Source: Gemmata obscuriglobus
GTDB lineage: Bacteria; Planctomycetota; Planctomycetia; Gemmatales; Gemmataceae
Assembly: GCF_008065095.1 (NCBI RefSeq)
Contig: NZ_CP042911.1
Span: forward strand, 1,050,001-1,082,000
Direction: 5' to 3'
DNA length: 32,000 nt
Shown here: one piece after another, positions 16,961-23,758 of the stretch
How positions within the stretch are numbered: the stretch's first letter is position 1
Layout: each line of letters begins with the position of its first letter
The notes under the pieces: generated by a model
Seen by the model: the letters and a program-made list of their open reading frames with translations, nothing else
The model's database searches: none
What the model was told of the DNA's origin: nothing
Program-made: the position numbers and the translations under genes

Positions 16961-18622
16961 ATGAAGCTCGTCATTGTCGGCGGCGTGGCCGGCGGCGCGT
17001 CGGCTGCGGCCCGCGCCCGCCGCCTGTCGGAGGACGCCGAGATCCTGCTGCTCGAACGCGGCCCGGACGTGTCGTTCGCCAACTGCGGGCTGCCGTACCA
17101 CATCGGCGGGGTCATCCCGCAGCGGGACAAGCTGCTCGTCACCACCCCCGAGCGGCTCCGCGAGCGGTTCCGGCTGGACGTGCGGACGCGGAGCGAGGTG
17201 GTGGTCATCGACCGGCGGAAGAAGGCCGTCCGCGTTCGCGATCTCACCTCGGACCGCGAATACGAGGAGACCTACGACAAGCTGATCCTCGCGCCCGGTG
17301 CCGCCCCGATCCGCCCGCCGGTGCCGGGGGCCGACCTCCCGAACGTGTTCACCCTCCGTGCCCTCGCGGACACCGACCGCATCAAGTCCCTGGCGGACGG
17401 CGGCATTCAGCGGGCCGTCGTCGTCGGGGCCGGGTTCATCGGCCTGGAATTGGCCGAGAACTTCGTGCACCGGGGCATCGCCACCACGGTTCTCGACCGC
17501 AACCGCCAGGTGCTCCCCCCGTTCGACGCGGAGATGACCACGCCCCTGCTCGCGGCGCTCCGCGAGAAGGGCGTCGAGGTGCTGCTCGGCCAGACCGCCG
17601 AGGCCATCGACCCGGACCGGGACGGCCTGAGAATCACGCTTACGTCCGGTGACACCCGCACCGCCCAACTCGTCGTGCTGGGCGTCGGCGTGCGGCCCGA
17701 GAACGCCCTCGCGGTCCGGGCCGGACTCGAAGTCGGGCCGCGCGGCGGCGTCCGGGTCAACGAGTACCTTCAGACCACCGACCCGGACATCTTCGCGGTC
17801 GGGGACGTGATCGAGACGACGGAGGTGGGCACCGGGGAACGCACCCAGGTGCCGCTCGCCGGCCCGGCGAATCGTCAGGGCCGGATCGCCGCCGACAACG
17901 CCTTCGGGCGGGCAACGAAGTACCGCGGCACGCAGGGGACCGCCATCCTCGGCTGCTTCGGCACGACGGCGGCGATGACCGGGCAGTCGGAGAAGGCGCT
18001 CCAGCGGTCGGGGCGGCCGTACCGCAAGGTGTACGTCCACCCGGCCCACCACGCCGGGTACTACCCCGGTGCCGAGGGCATGACGCTGAAGGTGATCTTC
18101 GACCCGGCGACGGGCAAGCTGCTCGGCGCGCAGGGCGTCGGCGGGGCCGGGGTGGACAAGCGGATCGACGTGCTGGCGGTGGCGGTCCAGGCGGGGATGA
18201 CGGTGCTCGACCTCGAAGAGACGGAGCTGTGCTACGCCCCGCAGTTCGGCTCGGCGAAAGACCCGGTCAACATGGCGGGCTTCGTGGCCGGCGGGCTGCT
18301 GCGCGGCGACCACCCGCAGACCGACTGGGAGTCGGTCGCGGCGGCGGCGGACAAGCCGCTGCTCCTCGACGTGCGGACGCCCACGGAGTTCGCGAGCGGT
18401 CACATCCCCGGCGCCCTGAACATCCCGGTGGACGACCTCCGCCGTCGGCTCGCCGAACTGCCCAAGGGCCGGCCCATTGTCGCGTACTGCCAGGTCGGTC
18501 AGCGGGGCTACCTCGCCACCCGCATCCTGATGCAGGCCGGGTTCGCCGTGTCCAACCTGGGCGGCGGCTACAAGACGTACCTGTTGCACGCGCCCGCTCC
18601 CCCGACGGCAACCACCCGATGA
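16961..18622 (+). CDS. CoA-disulfide reductase with C-terminal rhodanese domain (CoADR-RHD; NADH-dependent persulfide/CoA-persulfide reductase type)
   Basis: N-terminal FAD fold KLVIVGGVAGGASAA and redox Cys in SFANCGLPY (Cys42). Second dinucleotide fold VVVGAGFIGLE. C-terminal rhodanese LLDVRTPTEFASGHIPGA and active-site loop YCQVGQRG. Confidence 0.92.
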   Translation: MKLVIVGGVAGGASAAARARRLSEDAEILLLERGPDVSFANCGLPYHIGGVIPQRDKLLVTTPERLRERFRLDVRTRSEVVVIDRRKKAVRVRDLTSDREYEETYDKLILAPGAAPIRPPVPGADLPNVFTLRALADTDRIKSLADGGIQRAVVVGAGFIGLELAENFVHRGIATTVLDRNRQVLPPFDAEMTTPLLAALREKGVEVLLGQTAEAIDPDRDGLRITLTSGDTRTAQLVVLGVGVRPENALAVRAGLEVGPRGGVRVNEYLQTTDPDIFAVGDVIETTEVGTGERTQVPLAGPANRQGRIAADNAFGRATKYRGTQGTAILGCFGTTAAMTGQSEKALQRSGRPYRKVYVHPAHHAGYYPGAEGMTLKVIFDPATGKLLGAQGVGGAGVDKRIDVLAVAVQAGMTVLDLEETELCYAPQFGSAKDPVNMAGFVAGGLLRGDHPQTDWESVAAAADKPLLLDVRTPTEFASGHIPGALNIPVDDLRRRLAELPKGRPIVAYCQVGQRGYLATRILMQAGFAVSNLGGGYKTYLLHAPAPPTATTR

Positions 18623-18645
18623 CGCGAAATACACGCGGGGTTGCG

Positions 18646-18793
18646 ACCAAATCCGGTTGAAGAGTAACCGCTCGGCAGGGTGTCGGTTGCACCCGCCCGC
18701 TGACGCAGGCGGTTCGACGAACCATGGTCGAACCGCCTGCGTTAGCGGGCGGGTGGCGCTCCCAACCACCGTTACTCTTCAGTCGGATTTGGT
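18646..18793. repeat. 148-bp near-perfect palindrome (REP/terminator-like) after the CoADR-RHD gene
   Basis: Outer arms are ACCAAATCCGGTTGAAGAGTAAC and GTTACTCTTCAGTCGGATTTGGT. Inner arms are CACCCGCCCGCTGACGCAGGCGGTTCGAC and GTCGAACCGCCTGCGTTAGCGGGCGGGTG around GAACCATG. Starts 24 nt after the stop at 18622. Confidence 0.75.
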
Positions 18794-18824
18794 ATGAGGC
18801 AACAGTCCGGAAACGCGAAGGGGG

Positions 18825-19619
18825 CCAGTAGTTTCAAGTTGGCGATCCGGGATTGTGGCTCTCATGCACGACGGAAAATGTATGGCTCGCGCCTGCTTCT
18901 GATATCAAACCATGAGCCAGCAAGAGCGGGCAAGCGGTGGCCAGTGCCCACTGCCGCCCACAGCAGTCGCACCACCCCGTCCGTTGTCGAGACCCGTCAG
19001 TTGATCCAGCAACCGGGCGGCCACGTCCGCCATGGGCTCCTTCTCGCCCGCCGCGGTCAGCCCGAGGGGGTACCGGTCGGGCGCCCCGATGAGGCAGGCG
19101 GTGGCGTCGGTGTGGAACGTGTGGGTGCACCCGTCTCCTCGGCCCGGGTGGTGTCCCGGTTCGGTTTCCCGAAATACCCGGTCCGGTGGTAATCGATCGC
19201 GACCCGGGCGGCCCGTTTCCGTTTCCCGAGCGGGGCGCGACGTGCCGGCTGGAGCCACCGCTCGAGGGTGCGACTACGCTCGGGGGGCGCGAGGTACAAG
19301 CAATCCCAGATGGCTTGCCCGGATGGGGCCGACGCGATGGCCGCACACGCGGCAGCTACCGACCGGGCAAACGCGGCCGCGAGACCGCCCGCCACACGGC
19401 CCCGGGGCGCAAGTGCGGCGCCGCTTGGGCAACTGGACCGGCGACCGAGCCAGTCGGTGAGAACCGGGCGCAAGTGGCGGGTGGCGTGAACCGGGGTTGC
19501 TCGGATAGACTGATTTGCGGGCCGCATGGGGCCTCCGACAGTGGAGGCGTGGTAACCACCATTGACCGGTAAACCCACCCGGTCCGCTACTCCTAAATCG
19601 ACCAAATTGAAACTACTGG
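18825..19619 (-). mobile_element. internally deleted/decayed IS element (IS4/ISH3-like DDE transposase remnant) with ~25-bp terminal inverted repeats
   Basis: Ends are CCAGTAGTTTCAAGTTGGCGAT (18825-) and the inverted ATCGACCAAATTGAAACTACTGG (-19619). At 795 bp it is too short for an intact IS. No target-site duplication is visible. Confidence 0.55.
18905..19605 (-). pseudogene. frameshifted, truncated DDE transposase gene
   Basis: ORF 19057-19605 ends in ...KRKRAARVAIDYHRTGYFGKP, which resembles the first-Asp region (VAIDxxxxxYYG) of IS4/ISH3-type transposases. The continuation ...GCTHTFHTDATACLIGAPDRYPLGLTAAGEKEPMADVAARLLDQ is in another frame (18905-19258). The C-terminal catalytic half is absent. 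Confidence 0.45.
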
Positions 19620-19733
19620 ATTCGGTCTCAATCGTTCGATACCGAACGCTCCAGCGGCACCAAACGCCCTTCGCAACACCGCTCGTGTGCTAAACATTGG
19701 GACGCGCGCCACGATAACTTGCGGAGCTTGCGA

Positions 19734-20444
19734 ATGCTTGCCGCCATCGACTGGAATCAGGTGCTGGCAAAGGCCGTGACCGGAGGGATCATCGGAGGGG
19801 TCGCCGGCGGCTGCGTCGGCCTCGTGTGGTACCTGGTGCCAAAATCGAATGAAAACAAGCAGGAAAGGGCCGGGGCGAATGGCCGCGCGCGGCCGCCCGC
19901 CAAAGCACTACCGCCCCTGGTCCTTTTCTTCTTCATCGCGGCGGTTACCTTCGTCCCCTTTGTCGTCGAGAAACGGTTTCTCAACGCCCTGCGGGTCCGC
20001 GTCTCGGGTGACGCGACGGCCCCCACCGTCACGATTTCTGATTACGGGCGGTATCGTGTCGCGGGTCCGGATCGCGCCACGCCGGGTGGCGCCGCCAACG
20101 CCGGTGAGCGCGAGTACGTGCTGTTGGAGCAGACCGATCAGGTTCCCTGCCGGGTCGGGGAAACCTGGGGCGTCCGGATTCGCGGTTCCGTTGCGCCCCA
20201 GGACGACCGGTCGCACCTCGTTCGGGAAGAGATCCACCATCCCCCCATCAAGCACCCCGACGGCTCGGTCCGAACAACCGACGCCCGCGAGTTCAGAACC
20301 CCGCCGGGGGCAGCTTTCGGCAGCACGAACTGCTGGCAATTTCTAAAAGGGCACGAGCACGAACTGGTCCCCGGCGACTGGACCTGGGTTGTGTTCGTCG
20401 ACGGTGTTGAAGTGGCACGCCGGACGTTCAGAGTTTGGAAATAG
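19734..20444 (+). CDS. membrane protein with C-terminal DUF3859-like domain
   Basis: Two N-terminal TM segments (VTGGIIGGVAGGCVGLVWYLV; LPPLVLFFFIAAVTFVPFVV). The C-terminal pattern ETWGVRIRG...IHHPPIKHPDG...HELVPGDWTWVVFVDGVEVARRTFRV resembles DUF3859. ATG 19734 is preferred over TTG 19719. Confidence 0.7.
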   Translation: MLAAIDWNQVLAKAVTGGIIGGVAGGCVGLVWYLVPKSNENKQERAGANGRARPPAKALPPLVLFFFIAAVTFVPFVVEKRFLNALRVRVSGDATAPTVTISDYGRYRVAGPDRATPGGAANAGEREYVLLEQTDQVPCRVGETWGVRIRGSVAPQDDRSHLVREEIHHPPIKHPDGSVRTTDAREFRTPPGAAFGSTNCWQFLKGHEHELVPGDWTWVVFVDGVEVARRTFRVWK

Positions 20445-20572
20445 CTTAAGGCTTCGAGTCGAAAGTCGTCCGGTCAGCAAGTCGTAACGTCACGAACTAT
20501 GATTATCACTGGATTTGTGACTGTACGACTTTCGACGGTCGGACTTTTGACCCGAAGTCCTTGACGTGGCAA

Positions 20573-20628
20573 GCGGACCGCCGTGGTTGCGCGGCTCGTT
20601 AAAGTGCCGCGCAACCACGGCGATCCGC
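20573..20628. repeat. strong stem-loop (23 bp, one mismatch)
   Basis: GCGGACCG-CCGTGGTTGCGCGGC, loop TCGTTAAAGT, GCCGCGCAACCACGG-CGATCCGC. The 15-bp core is perfect. Confidence 0.7.
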
Positions 20629-20633
20629 TCGGA

Positions 20634-20679
20634 CCCGGCAACCGGTTCAGGGGCGATTTCCTGAACCGGTCGTGCCGGG
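20634..20679. repeat. strong stem-loop (18 bp with a 2-nt bulge)
   Basis: CCCGGCA-ACCGGTTCAGG, loop GGCGATTT, CCTGAACCGGT-(CG)-TGCCGGG. Lies immediately 3' of the previous stem-loop. Confidence 0.7.
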
Positions 20680-21024
20680 CTCGATACTTGGTCCGCGCGC
20701 TGTTAAACTCGCGAACGCGACCCGGCGGGACACGGATAGCTTCAACTGCGATGCAACGTCGCGGGGTGGTTCTTGGTGCCGATCCGGAGCGTAGTGTCTC
20801 CCGACGCCAGCGTTTGGGGTTTCTGCGCTCGCCTGGAGGATGTCCACACGATGTACCTGGTCACGTGAAAGACCGGCGTGTACGGAAAGTGCCCGCCCGC
20901 CGGGTCGCATTTGTTCGCCTCAACGCTGCCGCTCACATCGCTCCAACCTCAGCCGGCCTTTCCCTCCGTTCCGTCCGGTGCTATCTCGCGGCTCGCATGG
21001 TCGCCTCGGGTCCGGAGGAAACGC

Positions 21025-21801
21025 ATGAAGGCCGGTTTTGCGGCGCTCGCCGTCCTGTTGACCCTCAGCTCCGTTGTTCCCGCCCAGCCGGCGCGGGCGA
21101 ACGATCCCAAGCTCGATGCCCACCTCGAGGCGTGGGAAAAGAAGATGGCCGGCGTCGTGAACCTGCGGTCCGATGTCACGCTCACGCGCACCGATTCCGT
21201 GCTCAAACGCGCCACGACCTTCAAGGGGGCGGCCCTGTGCATGAAGCCGACCTTCGCGCGCGTGCGGCTGGAGAACGCGGCCGACCAAACGAAGCGGGAT
21301 TACGAGGCGTGGATCTGCAACGGGAAGGCGGTGTACGTGTACAACGGGCTCGCGAAAACGGTCACCGAGTTCGAGCTGCCCAAGTCGGGGCGCGGGGCCG
21401 ACAACCTGCTGCTCGACTTCCTCGCCGGTATGAAAGCCAAGGACGTGAAGGAGCGGTTCAAGGTCGCCCTGTCTGCCACGGACGAGCACTACGTCTACCT
21501 GGCCATCGAGCCGGTGCTCGGTACCGACCAGCGCGAGTTCAAGCACATCCTGCTCGCCCTTTACGGCCCGGGTCCGAAAACCGCCGCCGTCTCGTACCTG
21601 CCGGCCGAGATCCGCATCCTCAAGCCGAACGACGATCTGGAGTCGTGGAAGTTCTCGGGCCTGAAGGTGGACGTGCCGAACGTGGACGCCAAGCTCTTTC
21701 AGTACGAGGAAATCAAGGGCTGGGCGCGCCTCAGGCCGCCCCCGCAGCCGATCGCCGGCGGCCCCACGCCGGGCGCCCCGGTGCGGCCAAATAAGCCTTG
21801 A
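21025..21801 (+). CDS. LolA-like outer-membrane lipoprotein carrier family protein (secreted)
   Basis: GGAGGA lies 5 nt upstream of ATG 21025. Signal peptide MKAGFAALAVLLTLSSVVPAQPARA. LolA-like pattern FKGAALCMKPTFARVRL...WICNGKAVYVYNGLAKTVTEFEL...DFLAGM...ERFKV. Pro-rich C-terminal tail. Confidence 0.7.
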   Translation: MKAGFAALAVLLTLSSVVPAQPARANDPKLDAHLEAWEKKMAGVVNLRSDVTLTRTDSVLKRATTFKGAALCMKPTFARVRLENAADQTKRDYEAWICNGKAVYVYNGLAKTVTEFELPKSGRGADNLLLDFLAGMKAKDVKERFKVALSATDEHYVYLAIEPVLGTDQREFKHILLALYGPGPKTAAVSYLPAEIRILKPNDDLESWKFSGLKVDVPNVDAKLFQYEEIKGWARLRPPPQPIAGGPTPGAPVRPNKP

Positions 21802-21875
21802 GAAACGATGGCGGAACGGCGGTCCGGTCGCGGCTTCGTTGCTGCCCACGCGGACCCCGCGTTTACGAAAACAGA

Positions 21876-22000
21876 TTTTGACAGGATCGACAGGATGAAC
21901 AGGATCAAGACCGATTGATTTTTAATCCTGTTTATCCTGTCGATCCTGTCAGAATATCCTGCTTTTGACGGGATCGATTGAATTCAGACCGATCGATTTG
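21876..22000. repeat. ATCCTGT-type octamer repeats forming a 27-bp-arm hairpin, plus a partial direct duplication
   Basis: TGACAGGATCGACAGGATGAACAGGAT (21879-21905) pairs with ATCCTGTTTATCCTGTCGATCCTGTCA (21925-21951) with one mismatch. TTTTGACAGGATCGA (21876) is repeated as TTTTGACGGGATCGA (21964). GACCGATTGATTT (21910) is repeated as GACCGATCGATTT (21987). Confidence 0.6.
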
Positions 22001-22029
22001 AAATCCAGTCTTTTCAAGTTGTTGGTTGT

Positions 22030-22105
22030 GCGCCACCCGCCTGCTGCGCAGGCGGTTCGACAAGCCACGTTACACCGGCCTGCTGACGCAGGCCGGTGTA
22101 ACGTG
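22030..22105. repeat. REP-like hairpin pair; the first unit is a copy of the inner arm of the 18646-18793 palindrome
   Basis: GCGCCACCCGCCTGCTGCGCAGGCGGTTCGAC (22030-22061) closely matches the reverse complement of 18727-18759. It is followed by a perfect 18-bp stem CACGTTACACCGGCCTGC / GCAGGCCGGTGTAACGTG (22066-22105) with loop TGAC. Confidence 0.7.
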
Positions 22106-22226
22106 TTCTGGTTCTGTGAGCGATCTCATCTCGGCTGCCGCTAACTTGAAATTAATGAAATCGGAATCGACCCAGGCACCGGACCGCGAATACACTTCGC
22201 TGCCCGAGCCGATTTAAGGAGCGACC

Positions 22227-22304
22227 ATGATCGCATTTGTACTCTGGATCGCGATGGGTGGCGGGCGCAGGCTCAGTCGCGTCCAGTGTGGCGGGATTTG
22301 TTAG
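22227..22304 (+). CDS. candidate small ORF (25 aa, hydrophobic N-terminus, CGGIC C-terminus)
   Basis: Textbook SD AAGGAG (22216-22221) lies 5 nt upstream of the ATG. Peptide MIAFVLWIAMGGGRRLSRVQCGGIC, stop TAG 22302-22304. Too short to evaluate statistically and not in the supplied ORF track. Confidence 0.25.
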   Translation: MIAFVLWIAMGGGRRLSRVQCGGIC

Positions 22305-22620
22305 GGCGTGTGGACAGTCAATTCGGGCAATCGACGTAAGTCCTGAATTTGCAAGGACCAGTGACTGGAGAGCTGAAAGCCCGCCAATCGTCACAACCAC
22401 TAGGGCAATAGCGACTTACGCCATGACTGTCCACACGGCCTAGTTTTTTAGCGAGATTTCCAACCATTTCCGGCCAGTTCGGAGATAGTCCTGAGGCGTG
22501 CAGGTAGGGCAAAGTCGCGTTCCCCGCACGTCGGAGAGCGCGAGCTACGAAGCTTGGCGCGATCGCTACCGCGTTCGTAAAATCGTTTCCACTGGCCATA
22601 CCGACCACGTGGAGGCTGTC

Positions 22621-22995
22621 ATGTCCAAGCCCGTCGTTTACATCGCCTCGCCCTACACCAAGGGCGATGTGGCGATGAACACGCACTTCCAGTGCAAAAC
22701 CTTCGACACGCTGCTCACCGACGGCAAGGTCTGGCCGATCGCCCCGCTCTGGTCGCACTTCCAGCACACCGTTTTTCCACGCCCCTACGCTGACTGGATC
22801 GCTTACGATCAGGCCCTCCTACCGCTTTACGATGCCTGCCTCCGGCTCACCGCGCACTTGCCGCAGGTCGGGTACACGCAGACAGAATCGTCTGGGGCTG
22901 ACGGAGAAGTCGAGACCTTCAAGCGTCTCGGCAAGCCCGTGTTTTACAGCGTCGAGGAACTTTACCGGTGGGTTGACTCGCGAAACGCGGGCTGA
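22621..22995 (+). CDS. DUF1937/DUF4406-type nucleoside 2-deoxyribosyltransferase-like protein
   Basis: GGAGG lies 6 nt upstream of ATG 22621. MSKPVVYIASPYTKGD (N-terminal strand plus SPY motif). Internal (P)LWSHF. C-terminal ESSGADGEVETFKRLGKPVF fits the S-x-G-x3-E-x3-A/F-x3-G-x-PV pattern of this clan, recalled from memory. Confidence 0.7.
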   Translation: MSKPVVYIASPYTKGDVAMNTHFQCKTFDTLLTDGKVWPIAPLWSHFQHTVFPRPYADWIAYDQALLPLYDACLRLTAHLPQVGYTQTESSGADGEVETFKRLGKPVFYSVEELYRWVDSRNAG

Positions 22996-23039
22996 ACCCG
23001 CGCCAGGCCATCCCTCCACCCCCGCCGAGGCTGATTGCG

Positions 23040-23756
23040 ATGCCGCCCACCCCGCCGAAGGACATCGAGAAATCGATCGACAGCCTCCAACGAATTCACG
23101 CGCTGGTGTCGGCGCTGGCATTGGGTGAAGCGGTCCGGCGACTGGTGCTCAACCCTGGGGCTGCGGATGCCGCCTTCAACACCGAGGCGCTTCCCCAGTT
23201 CCTTGCACTCGTTTGCACGATCGTGCCATTCTACCACGGCATGCACCGGCACCTCGAAGATACTTATCTGTTCGCAACCGACGCGCGTCATCCGAAAGGC
23301 GTGCTCCTGATCGACTTCGTGGTTTTCTTGGCTGAGGCGTCAACCTTCTTCGCGCTGGCGGCCCTGTTCAAGTCGCCGAACTTCTTCTGGCTGCTCGCCG
23401 GGCTTCTCACCTTCGATGCGCTGTGGGGCGGGGTAACGGCACTCATCAACCCGGCAACGAAATTCCGGTGGTGCCTGCTAAACTTCGGTGCAGCAGTGGC
23501 CATGTTCGTGGTGCTCTCGCTCAACGTCTTCCGGCCTGGAATGGACGTGTGGTTGCTGACTCTCGTTGCGGGGGTGCGCACGATCCTCGATTACTCGACA
23601 CACTGGCGGTTTTACTTCCCGTTCGGGGATGAGCAGCCGCCGAGCGCCCAAACGGTCGGCGAAGAAAACAAAGCGGCCGTTGGCCCCACGGCGAACGGCC
23701 GCAACCACAAGCCTGAAGAGTCGCCGACCACGTCAAGCGAGACCCAACGGGTGTAA
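23040..23756 (+). CDS. multi-pass membrane protein, unknown function (5-6 predicted TM helices, disordered C-terminal tail)
   Basis: Hydrophobic segments LPQFLALVCTIVPFY, VLLIDFVVFLAEASTFFALAALF, FFWLLAGLLTFDALWGGVTAL, WCLLNFGAAVAMFVVLSL, VWLLTLVAGVRTIL. Starts 44 nt after the upstream gene and ends 2 nt before the next start. Confidence 0.75.
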   Translation: MPPTPPKDIEKSIDSLQRIHALVSALALGEAVRRLVLNPGAADAAFNTEALPQFLALVCTIVPFYHGMHRHLEDTYLFATDARHPKGVLLIDFVVFLAEASTFFALAALFKSPNFFWLLAGLLTFDALWGGVTALINPATKFRWCLLNFGAAVAMFVVLSLNVFRPGMDVWLLTLVAGVRTILDYSTHWRFYFPFGDEQPPSAQTVGEENKAAVGPTANGRNHKPEESPTTSSETQRV

Positions 23757-23758
23757 CT

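Noticed and set aside
22152-22767. Minus-strand ORFs 22152-22400 and 22318-22767 in the low-GC segment
   Set aside because: The second overlaps the motif-bearing DUF1937-like gene in antisense. The first has no RBS or motif and overlaps the SD-preceded small ORF region. No support beyond being open.
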